DNA of 64,000 bases, taken from assembly GCA_050084985.1 (NCBI GenBank), contig JBITNC010000001.1:6696001-6760000 (forward strand), in the 5' to 3' direction. Source of the stretch: Nageia nagi. Lineage: Eukaryota; Plantae; Pinophyta. Position numbers and translations under genes: made by a program. The number at the start of each line of letters is the position of its first letter. Position 1 is the first letter of the stretch. The notes beneath the pieces were generated by a model. The model ran no database searches and was not told the origin of the DNA. It worked only from the letters and a program-made list of their open reading frames with translations. Below are positions 12,825 through 24,469 of the stretch, in pieces.

Positions 12825-15800
12825 ATGGATTCCAAGCAAGGAAATTCACTGCAGTTGTAGATTCCCATTTTCAATGGAGACCATTACGAGTACTAATGCA
12901 TTCGGATGCAAACATTTCTTATCTTTCAAGACCTGTGGACATTTGTTTCCCAGGGTTTTACCGATTTAGATGAAGTTGCCTCTGCAGCTATGACTGCAGA
13001 TGAGAAGAAAGAAGTGTTGGAGAACCGTAAGAAGGATACCAAGGCATTATTTGCCATCCAGTCTAGGATAGATGTGTCCATCTTCCCCAAAATTGGAGTG
13101 TAAGACTTATAAGGAAGCATGGGAGATATTGGAGACCGCATACATAGGATCAGCCAAGGTCCATGTGGCAAAGCTCCAACTTTTAAGGAAGGAGTTCGAA
13201 TCTCTCCATATGAGAGTGGAAGAGAATATAAGTTTCTTCTTTTCCAAGATCTTGTAAATGCCCTCCATTCACATGATGAAGAGATGGGAGACACCAGAAT
13301 TGTTGAAAAAGTGCTCTGGAGCTTACCCAAAAGGTTTGATACCATTACCATTGTCATTGAAGAAGCAAAAGACCTGTCCCAACTCACTCTTTCAGAGTTG
13401 CAAGGTAGTCTAACTACTTATGAATATAAGATTAGTCACAGAGTTGAGTCTTTGGACCAATCTTTCCAAGGATAGTTGAGAATGAAGGGCCGAGAGTCCT
13501 CTTCATCAACTCCTAGTTCTTCTTCTTCATCCTCTCACGGAAGAGGTGGATCACTATGAGGAAGAAGCGGTGACCAGGGCAAAGGTAGAAGAGGCCGTTT
13601 TGGGGGAAGATCACAAGGTGACACCCCCAGACATTGTGACTATTGTAACAAAGATGGTCACATAGAATCACATTGCTGGAAGAAGAATCCCCAGCTCAAA
13701 GCTCAGTATGTTGAGGATCAAGCCGAGAGCAACATGTTCCTCACTTGTAGCAGTTTCCAGGATGAAGAAGATGTGTGGTACCTGGATAGTGGATGTTCCA
13801 ACCATATGATTGGAAACAAAGCGTTGTTTCTTAATGTTGACACCTCTGTCATAGGCCAAGTCAGGTTTGGTGACAACAAAAGTGTCGACATCCACGATAG
13901 AGGGACTATTGCCTTAAAGTCCAAAGTTGGTAAGATAGTTTATATGCATAGCACTCTCTTTGTTCTTATATGCATAGCACTCTCTTTGTTCCTGGCCTTA
14001 AGCACAATCTGTTAAGTATTGGCTAGCTTAGTATAAGGGGTTATATAACCACCTTCAAAAGGAAAGGGTGAACCATAGTAAAAGAGGCCAATAATCAGCT
14101 TATAGCCACCATCCATATGATTGAAAATAGGATGTATAAGCTCAGAATGACACTTGTGACACGTTGGTTAAAAGCATCCATTGATTTTGCGTGGTTATGG
14201 CATAGGAGATTTGGTCATTTAAACTTTCACTTATTGAATGGTCTGCACAAATTGGTGAGAGGCCTTCCTACCATCTCCCATGCACCCAGTGAGGTCTGTG
14301 AAAGTTGTGTTGCATGCAAGCAACATCGAGTGAAGTTTTCAAAGCATCAATACAGGGCCAAGTACCCTCTTTAGTTGGTGCACACAGACTTGTGGACCAA
14401 TGCAAACTCCTAGCCAAGGCGGTAAGTCAAGATATATGCTTATCTTTACTGATGATTTTTCTAGGATGAGCTGGCTTTATTTATCGCAAAACAAGTCCGA
14501 ACCCTTTGAGAGTTTTGTTAAATTTAAGTCTTGTTGAAAAACAATCTGGCTATTTTATCAAGAAGTTCAAAATTGATAGAGGAGGAGAATTCGTTTCCAA
14601 TGAATTTAAGAATTTCTGCCATCAGCATGGCATTGTTAGGCAGTATACAACTACCTACACTCCATAGCAGAATGGAGTGGCTGAAAGGAAAAATCGAATA
14701 GGAGTTGAGATGGCTAGATGCATGATAAAAGAAAAGGGCCATCCCACTAGTTTTTGGGGTGAAGCAGTGCATGTCGCAGTTTATATTCTAAATAAGTGTC
14801 CCACTCAAGTTTTGAAGGACACCACCCCTTATGAAGCTTGGTTTGGTGTACAACCAAACATTTCTCATCTTCAGATATTTGGCTTGACTTGTTTTGTGCA
14901 TGTGCCAAAAGAAAACAAGAAGAAGCTTGATGAGAAATCCATCAAATGCATTTTAGTGGGATACTCTGAAGCATCTAAGGCCTATAGATGTTATGATCCA
15001 CTAACTGGTAAGATACACATCAGTAGAGATGTGATTTTTGAAGAAGGGGACAACCAATCAAGAAAATGGTGCTAAAAACACCACTGCGAAATTCCAACTT
15101 GATGAAGATTGTGAACCTACTCACATTACGACACCTCCTCAACTTTCATCACCATCTTCACCAGCCACCAGCTCACCATAGCAAGTACAACCAAATCAAT
15201 TTCCTGTTGCTCGTACTCCACTAGCCAAAAACAAGTGGACTAGTGATTGCTATCATCCTCCATCATTGATGTTGGATAAAGACCTCAACAAAAGAATGAC
15301 CCGGTCACAAACCAGAGCTGGAAATCAAGAGGTAAATATCTCTTATACATTAATGGCTTCATTTGTTGAGCCTTCCTCATATACTGAAGCTCTTGCCAAT
15401 GAGGATTGGAAGAAAGCCATGGAGGATGAGATTGAGCAAATCCAGAAGAATGACACCTGGGAGCTTGTGCCTTCTCCCAAAGACAAAAAGGTAATTGGTG
15501 TCAAGTGGATTTATAAATTGAAGCATAATCCTGATAGGAGTATTGCAAAGCACAAAGCTCGTCTAGTTGCTAAAGGATATGTTCAGAAGGAAGGGCTAGA
15601 TTATGATGAGACTTTTGCACCGGTGGCCAGCCTAGAGATTGGGAGATCTTTGCTTGCACTTTCCTCTCATTTTGGTTTGATAGTCTATCAAATGGATGTC
15701 AAATCTGCCTTCCTTAATGGATATTTGAAGGAGGTTGTTTATGTTAAGTAGCTTGAAGGATTTATTATTCTTGATCAAGCAGATAAGGTCTATAAACTCA

Positions 15801-16886
15801 AAAAGGCTCTCTATGGCCTTAAACAAGAACCCTGGGCATGGTACACCCAGATTGATGGTTACCTTCAGAAAAATAGTTATCAGAGATGCTCAGTGGAAAG
15901 CACACTGTACAAAAACATTGAAGGTAGCAACTTCTTTATTCTGTGCTTGTATGTTGATGATATCATTTTAACAAGCACCTCTGATGCTATGATAGATCAA
16001 TTTAAGAATGTTATGATCAGTGAATTTGAGATGAGTGATCTTGGAGAGATGAATTCTTTTCTTGGCCTACAAGTCAAGGAATCCTCCAGTGGCATTTTGA
16101 TCACTCAGTCCAAATATGTGGAGGATCTGCTGGCCCGCTTCAAGATGCAAAGATGCAGCCCCGTTGATACACCAACTGTTGTCAGAGCCAAGCTGTTGAA
16201 GGAGGACTCCTCTCCAAATGTTGATGCCACTATGTACCGGTCCTTAATTGGTAGCCTTATGTATCTCACTGCTACCAGACCATACATCATGTTTGTTGTC
16301 AGCAAAGTAGCTCGATTCATGCACTCACCACATCAGACGCATTGGATTGTAGCCAAACGGATCTTGTGCTATGTGAGTGGCACACGCCACTATGGGCTTT
16401 AGTATAAATCCTTAGACCAGGCAACGTTACAAGCCTATACAGATGCTGATTGGGCCGGATGTCTTGATGATCGGAAGAGCACGTCAGGGTATGGATTCTT
16501 CTTTGGAGAATTTTTGGTCTCATGGAGCAGCAAGAAGCAACCCACTATTGCACTTTCATCAGCAAAAGCTGAGTATATTGCTGCCTTTGCCACTTGCACA
16601 CAAGCCATTTGGCTTTCCCGTTTGTTTGAAGATTTGGACATGGATATTTAACTCCCCATTTTAGTGCACTATGACAATCTCAACACAATTGCCATGACTA
16701 AGAACCATGTGTTTCATAGCAAGACAAAGCACATTGATATAGGCCATCAGTTTATGAGAGATTTGGTTGATGATTATCCAGTTTCATCATTGTCCTATCG
16801 ATGCTCAAATTGCAGATATCTTTACCAAGCCATTGCCCAAGGATCGTTTTTGCTACCTTCGGAGCCAACTTGGAGTCCATACCTTA
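12825..16886 (+). pseudogene. copia-1 gag-pol polyprotein (stops and frameshifts)
   Basis: Gag (KVLWSLPKRFDTI), zinc knuckle CDYCNKDGHIESHC, protease WYLDSGCSNHM, integrase (WHRRFGH..CESC; QNGVAERKNR), RT ([18 protein letters not shown]), RNase H (YTDADWAG, KTKHIDI). A 26-bp tandem duplication at 13940-13991 shifts the frame. Confidence 0.95.
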
Positions 16887-17045
16887 GACTTTCAGGGGCG
16901 AATGTTTGCTAATCTTGACTAGCTTAGGATATTGGTTGGACTTTGTATATATTGCATATGTCTTTAACTTTGTTTTCTTTGCATTTGTGTTTTTTGGCAA
17001 ACAGAGAAAGTGTTCTCATTTTGTTTTGGAGATTAAGGGGGCAAT

Positions 17046-18015
17046 TAAAAATGTTAATCTCCAGACCTCTGGGTGTTAGAGCTCTGGGTATTCCCAACTT
17101 TTGTGCCTTGTTTCTATTTCAGGAGATAGCTGCACTTGCTTCGGGCTCCTATCTCCTACTCCGGGTGTTAATCTTGAGACTCCGGGGTCTATCTTTCCTC
17201 CGCTCCAGGATATGGCGACTACAGGAATTAGTTCTCGGGATCCGGGACTTAGCAAAAGTGCGACCTACCTCTTGGAGATCTGGACTTAGTAGTTTGTGTT
17301 CTTCGGGTTTTGTTGACCCCGCTTTCGGGACTTAAACACTCTATTACTTTGGGCTCTCTCTCTTCCGGGCAGTAAACAAACCCCAGGAACTATTTTTTGC
17401 CTTCCAAGTTGCGGGTAGTGATAACACCCGTTGATTTTGGTGAGTGACATCACCATTTTAGAGCCCGGATCCCAGGAAGTATTGCGCTATCACGTCCCTT
17501 TTGCTTCGAAACCCGGATTTACACACTAGAAACATCTGTTTAAGGGATTTCTACCCTAGAATTAAATGCTCAACCGTCGACACTAGTTTCTGAAAATCGG
17601 CATTAACGTTTTTTGTACAAAAATGGTTGATCTACTTTCTGCAATCATTTAATGTGTTTCATACGTCGTGTATACAAAGGCATGGGCTTCATCTACTTTG
17701 CAAAAAGGACAACAAAATGCGATCATGGAGCCGTGTTGCATTTAATTGTATTTTGACCAAGTAGCATGCATGTAATATTTTGTCTTAGTATAAGTCTAGA
17801 TAGCCAAAGTGTAAATAAAAAAGATGGAGGAGCAGATTAAAGAATCGTGTATGTTTTTCTGTTAGCTTTGAGAGAGTCGTGTAATAGTTTTACCTATCTG
17901 CAATACATATATTTTGGTCTCCAATTTATCTCGCTATTTATTCCGCCTGTGGTTAGCCTCATTGTGCTCTGGCTATACACATTATTTGTTTTCTCTTTGT
18001 CTTTCAAAACCTTCA
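17046..18015 (+). repeat. 3' LTR of copia-1
   Basis: TAAAAATGTTAATCTCC...CAAAACCTTCA, direct repeat of 11853-12791. Confidence 0.92.
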
Positions 18016-20474
18016 AGCTTCAACCAAATGATAGATTTGGATTCCTCCAAAGATGATAATTCTGGAGATATCTTGGAGTAATGATTTTGAAGATGATTAT
18101 GTTCTTGATTGAGGTTGAGCACTTGAAAAGTTGAAACAACATGCCCAAATAAAAAGAATATATAATTTGATGAAGTCTCATGTCCTTGCCTCACTTTTGC
18201 CTCTTTCAAGATCTTACAAAATATATTTTCTGCAAAATAGAAAAACAACTTTCGAAAAACATTAGATTATCAAACATATTGTGATATGAGTGGAGGCTTG
18301 TCCTTGTCCCAAAAGCTACGAAGGATAGGCGAGAGTTTGGATTAGCACATTCTTCGCAAGCAAAGCAAATGTTACTGATTGCCTTTTTTGATTTGTGCTG
18401 CTAGCGAAGGCCTCTGTTGAAACATGGAGCTCAAAGAAAATGTTAGAAACTTGGTTGCTTGTTTTGTATGATGAAAGGGGACATGATAAGTTTTCATAAT
18501 GATCAGGCATCCCCCTTGTCAGTAGCGATAAAACATGCAAGAGATAAAACATGAAACACAGACAAAACTTAATAATTCTGCAGTGATAATTTAGAGAATG
18601 ATATTTCATAAGTCATAATTTCAGAAATAATAATTTAGAAGTTAAAACTAAGAGATTTTCTTTGACAACATTGATGCCTTCTTTATCAACTTTAGGCTTT
18701 GAAGGTGTGGGTTCAAAAGCATTGTGTATGTTTGAAGGAGAGATGGGTACATCTGAATTATTTTGCTCTATGTATATGATTCATTATCAAGGATAACTTA
18801 TTGGAGTTGGTAGTATGAAGAGTATGTTCTAGAGGTATTTAAGAGACTAATCTCGGAATTTGCATTCCTCTTGTGTGTTCAAGTATGGTAATTTGGTTTC
18901 AATCTAATTATTCCTTAGTACTTTTCAAAATGGAGGAGTTTAAGCAGGTAGCTACTCTGTTGGATTTGGAGTGAAGCTATTCTTGTATACCAAACAACCC
19001 TTATGTAGATGTCACCCTTTTTCGGTACTTGGTGGGTGGTCTTTTGAACTCGACTCCTGCTAGTTTTCCATGGCATATTGTGCTAGGTCCATGTTGGAAA
19101 GGAGGGGTTTTGTTGGAAGGCAGCAAAAAGGATATTGAGGTATCTGAAGGTTACATTGTATATGAAGATCTTCATTGTAGAGAAACCACTTAGTGGATAT
19201 TTTGATTCTAATTGCTTGGAAATGCTAGTGATTGAAAAAGCACCTCTAGATATGTGTTAATTTTCAATTCAATCTCAGATGTTCAAGTTGTAAAAAGCAG
19301 TCAGTGAGACAGGCACGGAGATCATGCGGGTCTGGCAGTTCCCCTAGGAGCTTGGGTTTAAGTAAGACCAGCTGACTGCTTTGAAGTCATATAATTAACT
19401 TCCATTGGGTGGTGTAGAATCACGTCCAGAATTAGCTCAGAAGCATATTGAGTTTCACATTCATTACATCTTGCAGCTAGCAGAATACAGTGCATTTCTA
19501 GTACATTCCAATGGAGCACCAATTGGCTAACTTCGTCATTATGGGGGATGCTTAAGAATTTTGGAAGCTATCATTGAGGGTGGGGTTTGGATGTTATGAC
19601 AATTTTAACATCATCATGCACAATCATCTTATATTTTCATCATAGCTTTGGTAGAGGCAGAGTTTGAATAGATATAGTAAACACTTTGAATGTTGGAACT
19701 ATCATTGACATCTGCTGCAGGTATTAGATGCTATTGGCAACACAATCATGTGTGATCATCTTACATTCAATTTCATGTGGTCATTTATTCAATCTTACAC
19801 CATGTGTACCCCTGCATCTTTGCCCCTGCGTAATAGTGTTTTGGGGATTTGTGCTAGGTGTTCCATTCTTGTTTGTTGCATAGCCCTGCACTTGTCCACT
19901 GAAACAATATATAGTTTAATTACTGAACAGAATAAATCTTTTCCTCAAAATCAAATGTAGTTCTGTTTGGTCCGATTTCACCAAAGCTTGAAATTCTCAT
20001 TTACTTGTAATCTACTTTGCTTCACTTGAAAGTCTCTAAATGAGGTTATTTGCAGAACTGCCAAAAAACAGCGAAACCAAAAATCTGTGGTTTGGTGGAG
20101 AAACAATCGTCTAACAAACTTAGTTGTTACTAATTTTGAAATTGACTTAATTAGGAATCGCTCGAGTGCAGACAATTTGTAAGTGCAAGAGCAAGTCTTT
20201 AGGAGGATGTTACATCCATAAGATTCCTGGTAAATTTAGTCCTCTGGCTTGATTTGGGCATGTTACAATCATAATAGTAGACTGCTAGGATGATATTTGT
20301 AATCAATCCATCCAATTGAAAAATGAAAAAGAACATGTTGGGTGAAGAATCTGCTGGCTTCATTACGAAACAACTCTTGTTTCCACAATTGCTATTGACA
20401 TCTACTTTAGCGCACACATTTTAAATAAGTAGATCCATATGGGTGTTTGACACTTGAACTTTTATTCGCTGTAG

Positions 20475-20657
20475 TGTGGACAAGGTTGTACAGAAGATGA
20501 ACTAAGTCCCACCTATGTTTCGTCTTTGGGAGGCTTACACGTAAAAGGAGTGGCTGCTGGATTGTGGCATACTGTCTGTATCACCGCTACAGGTGATGTT
20601 TATGCTTTTGGTGGTAATCAATTTGGTCAACTTGGCACAGGTGGAGAACAAGCTGAG
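20475..20657 (+). CDS. TCF1: RCC1-repeat (UVR8-like) protein, TCF1 clade: internal exon
   Basis: TAG|...|GT boundaries. 183 nt encoding CGQGCTEDELSPTYVSSLGGLHVKGVAAGLWHTVCITATGDVYAFGGNQFGQLGTGGEQAE, which matches my recollection of Arabidopsis At3g55580 (CGQGSTDDELSPTCVSSLLGIRIEEVAAGLWHT...). Orthology versus At3g53830 not resolved. Confidence 0.9.
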
Positions 20658-20758
20658 GTCTGTGCAATCTGATCTGTCTTTTTTTGTAACAAGTCTGCTT
20701 ATGGAGGAAGGTGACTTTTGGATCATTGATTAATACTCCTGGAAATGTTTATCTTCAG

Positions 20759-20849
20759 ATGTTTCCAAGGCTTCTAGAGGCACCAAGTCTAGAGCACCAA
20801 CAAGCTAAAATTGTTTCGTGTGGGGCTCGACACAGTGCCATATCTACAG
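20759..20849 (+). CDS. TCF1: TCF1-like RCC1 protein: internal exon
   Basis: TTCAG|...|GTATTA. Encodes MFPRLLEAPSLEHQQAKIVSCGARHSAIST plus 1 nt, in frame with neighbouring exons. Confidence 0.9.
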
Positions 20850-21249
20850 GTATTAGATATAGCACCTTTCCATATTCATTGAGAAATAGATGAACATTAT
20901 TTTCCTTTTTCATTCTAAATCAGGGGTTTCATTCTGTTACAACACAACAGAATTGCATTAGTAAGAGTACAAATTGATCAAGGATGCTGCAATACTTTTG
21001 TTCTAGCAGCATAACAAACACTGAAACTTTTTCCTCCTTGGTGTCGGATTCTCATCTTTTTTGTATTTCAAATTTCTAGAAAATTTTGTTGAAAGAATCT
21101 GACATTCTCATAAAATTGGTCACCAGTGAATATTGTTATGGAATTGTCTTTTCTCAATCCGTCAATAGATGTGATTGGTTCTTATCAAGTTTCTGAAAAT
21201 ACATGGTATGGATGCTAATGTAGTTCAAAATGTTGTTTGGCTTTTGAAG

Positions 21250-21293
21250 AAAAGGGTAAGGTATTCTGTTGGGGCTGGAACAAGTATGGGCAG
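21250..21293 (+). CDS. TCF1: TCF1-like RCC1 protein: 44-nt internal exon
   Basis: TTTTGAAG|...|GTATGT. Completes E then KGKVFCWGWNKYGQ, the RCC1 blade motif. Confidence 0.88.
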
Positions 21294-21387
21294 GTATGTT
21301 GCTTATGTAGTTTGTGTGCTTTTACACTTGCATACGTATCCACATCTTTTGTATTTTGAGATGGTTTTAGAATAGCCATTGGCAAAG

Positions 21388-21394
21388 TACTAAC
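21388..21394 (+). promoter_or_regulatory. Branch-point consensus TACTAAC of the last intron
   Basis: Exact TACTAAC ~25 nt upstream of the TAG acceptor at 21416-21418. Confidence 0.7.
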
Positions 21395-21418
21395 AGTTGT
21401 GATCTTTTGTTTATGTAG

Positions 21419-21538
21419 CTTGGCTTGGGTGATGCCATAGACAGAAATGTTCCATGTGAAGTTCCTTTTGAAAATTTCCTTGTTAAAAGGGTTGCATGTG
21501 GATGGTGGCATACACTAGCATCAACAAGTTCCCATTAA
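21419..21538 (+). CDS. TCF1: TCF1-like RCC1 protein: terminal coding exon
   Basis: TGTAG| acceptor. LGLGDAIDRNVPCEVPFENFLVKRVACGWWHTLASTSSH then TAA. The ACGWWHTL C-terminus is typical of this clade. Confidence 0.9.
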   Translation, partial: LGLGDAIDRNVPCEVPFENFLVKRVACGWWHTLASTSSH

Positions 21539-22670
21539 TGGTGGGGGTGAAATCACAAATTTTTGACAATACTCAGCCATCCAATTATGCTTTATACCAA
21601 CGGTGGTACATTTTTCTTGGAGGAGTTATCCTCAGTTTTGGTTTTGATGTTTTAATTCTATTTAGATACTCACTTTTGGCTTGTGGGACTTACTACAAGC
21701 CACGAATTAGTTCTTACATCGAGTGTGAATTGAGTTCTGTGGTTTTATGTAGTGTATCTTGTAAATCATAATTATTGAGTTCTGAGATTCCATGCAGCAT
21801 ATTTTGTAACTCTAGCATGCAACTAAATCCTTCGCAAAATTGAAAATTGCCTCAGCTACTAGGCATGCAGATTCAGATTGAAATTGTTCTTAGCATGCTG
21901 CGTCTTTTATACAGGTGTGGGGTGTATATACATATTCAAAAAGTTTGTAATTGCAGACTTTGAATTATACATGCTTGTAAAATGCAAATAAGTAAGATCT
22001 TCAATTGTTTATTTGTGAAGGTATTTTTTGCTCCAGTTTCCAATCAAATCATCTGTGCGAACATTGTGCAAAGAGAATGGATAATGATCCTATCTTTCAC
22101 TTCCCATAGCTCTCCTTTTAATAATTTGAGTAGACAACAAATCATATTTGTTTGCTAAGAGGTCATGTTTATAACTTGTTGACAGTCACATATATGATGC
22201 TGACAAAAACAGTGCCCAAAGTTCCTGTTGTGTTATTGCCATAGGAGGTGAATGAAGAGATACCATGTGGCTGCAGGAGCCCCTATGTCAAGCTTGATTC
22301 TCTAATACGAAGTTGAAGACCCATCAGAAGCAAAGTTAGGAATTCTGAATATACTGTTCAAACATGGAACACTGACGAATGATGGAAGGCTGGAAGAGTG
22401 ATCAGAGTGTTGATGTTCCGTCCTACATAAACCTCTCAGAACATTTGTGTCACATCTTTAGCCATTATTTGTAACAATTCTCAGAACATTTGAGAATTAA
22501 ATGCCTTGAAGATAACAAAGTCGGGATCTGTTATTGCAATAAAGAAATTTTTGTCTGATTCGTAGATGTGGATTCTTTTAACCTTGAGTACTATGTGCGA
22601 GGCTGCAAAATTTAATTAGAATTATTAAATGTGTTTTGTATGGATACTTCGGGAAACATGGGAAGCTAAT

Positions 22671-22952
22671 CTTTTTGGTGTGAACTATGAAGTTATCTTT
22701 CTTTATTTTTTATATTTTTTTGTTGGAGTGTCAGTTCAATGACATTGAAACATCATCAAAGCAATTTCGACATAATTCTAATATTCATTGAATATCAGCT
22801 TTTTATAATCAGTTCTTTTTGGTGTGCACTATGAAGTTCTCTTTCTTTATTTTTTTTGTTGCAGTGTCACTTGAATGACATTGAAACATCAACAAATGAA
22901 TTTCGGCATAATTCTAATGTTCATTGAATTCCAGCTTTTTATAATCTGTTTT
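22671..22952. repeat. Tandem duplication, 2 x ~140 bp
   Basis: CTTTTTGGTGTG..CTATGAAGTT...AATGACATTGAAACATC...CAGCTTTTTATAATC at 22671-22814 and 22815-22952. Confidence 0.9.
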
Positions 22953-23299
22953 GGCTGCTAACAATTATCTAGATAGAACTTCATATCAATAGTTCAAATA
23001 ATAAGATGCATTGTAAGTTAAAATAAAATAAGGGAGTGCAATTGGACTAAACGAGCATATTAGTTTGTTAATTTCAAGATGGAATTAATTATGTCTAAAA
23101 TCACTCTAGAGCTGAGAAATAATGCACAAAGGAGCAGATTGACTCGCAAATCACATGAGATCACATTATCAGACGGGTGGAGTTCGACCTTCTACAATGC
23201 ATGAGCATGTCAACTCAAAATTGCATTATTAAATTTGCTCACGCAAGTAAGGTGTCTTGCAAATTTCGGGAAAAAATTATAATATTTTTATTTGAAGAA

Positions 23300-24469
23300 G
23301 TTACCAACTGTGAAGTTGTAATAGGCGATAAGTGTTTTCATGTAATATTCCAGCAGAGAGAAATGTTGACAGCCTGTGAGATACTTGTAAGCGATTTATG
23401 CTTGGAAATTTCAATAAGATTTCTTGTTTATCTTTTTGATTAATTTTTGTATTTAATAGAATTTTTGGGTTGCTAGGCAGGGTTCTTTTTCATTGGCATA
23501 CACACATAGATTGCATCAAATTGGTACTAGAGCTTAGTTTTGAGGATATGGTACAGATAGGAAGACCATAGGCACATAGAAATGTAGCTTTAGCAAAAAT
23601 GTTAAGAGGGATCATCCCAAGATTGGATGTATTTGAGATTTCTTAAAGGAGAGTTGTTCATATTGAAGATGTTGGTGATAGTGAAGAGGAGATTGATAAT
23701 TTAAGTACTTGCCTTCAAGATCAAAGGAGAAGAATTGAAACAATGGCTAATTCAAGTAATTTTCAACATAAAAAGTAAGCCAAAGTTAGATACTTCCAAT
23801 TTTAATGGAAGTTTTAACTCAAAAGAGTTAATAGATTGAATAATGGACATGGAATTTTTTTTATTATTATTATGAATCTATGGTGAACCCAAAGTGGGTC
23901 AAATTTGCATGAGCACGAATGAAAGGACATGCATTGATTCGTTACAATTATGTCGAAATGGAAAGACAACAAGAGGGCAAGGATATAATTCAATATTGGT
24001 AAAGGTTAATTCTCAAATTGAAATCTAAATTTTTCCTTGTTAATTATCAAATTGAGTTGTTAGGAAAACTTTAAAATTTCAAGCAAGAGTTGGAAGTGAG
24101 AATATGTAGAAAAATTCTATAAATTAATTTTAAGAGCAAACCATATTGATGATAATGAGGAAAATGTGGCAAGATACATCAATGGGCTAGGGTTGTCAAT
24201 ACAAGATGAAATTGGTAAAATTCTGATAAAAAAGTTGAAGCGACATATCCTTATGCACTCAAAGGTAGAAGAGAAGTTGGTCCACAAGCAACAAAATAAT
24301 TCTAGAAGGAGATTACGATCCACAAGAGAAAGAGGGCAATCAAATGGTGGAAATGGGTAGTAAGCTTGTGATGGAGAGGAGTGCTTTTCACAAATGAATA
24401 GTTTCAATCAAAGCACTCGAGGAACGTGTGAATCATCAGAAGGAAGATATGGTTTCCATGGAGGAAGGG
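23300..24469 (+). mobile_element. Truncated Ty3/gypsy (CRM-like) 5' end: LTR end, PBS and decayed gag
   Basis: ...TGCATCA then TGGTACTAGAGC (23522-23533). Gag-like PKLDTSNFNGSFNSKELID*I..., VKFA*ARMKGHAL, ARYINGLGLSIQDEI. Confidence 0.75.

Larger units (their letters stand above)
11853..18015 (+). mobile_element. Full-length Ty1/copia LTR retrotransposon (copia-1), least decayed element in the window, sense orientation in the intron
   Basis: LTRs 11853-12791 and 17046-18015. PBS TGGTATTAGAGC (tRNA-iMet type) 12794-12805. PPT GAGATTAAGGGGGCAA before 17046. TSD AGCTA/AGCTT. Gag-PR-INT-RT-RH order. Confidence 0.95.

Noticed and set aside
12625-12969. Hydrophobic ORFs (also 17847-18056, 6635-7051, 2397-2675) as env-like or membrane proteins
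   Set aside because: They lie in T-rich LTR or low-complexity DNA, and the two copia-1 LTR copies diverge in frame at the LTR end. Compositional artefact.
10370-18310. hAT-like host element split by the solo LTR and copia-1 (10370-10688 plus 18016-18310)
   Set aside because: An acidic ORF tail is suggestive, but I could not identify TIRs, an 8-bp TSD or transposase motifs.
19294-19382. TPP riboswitch, hammerhead ribozyme or snoRNA identity for the intronic stem-loop
   Set aside because: Core motifs (GCTGAGA/CCTGA for TPP, CUGAUGA-GAAA, box C/D pair) are absent. Kept only as an unclassified structure.
20711-21771. Listed ORFs 20711-20893, 21175-21375 and 21496-21771 as separate genes
   Set aside because: They are partial read-throughs or off-frame overlaps of the spliced TCF1-like exons.
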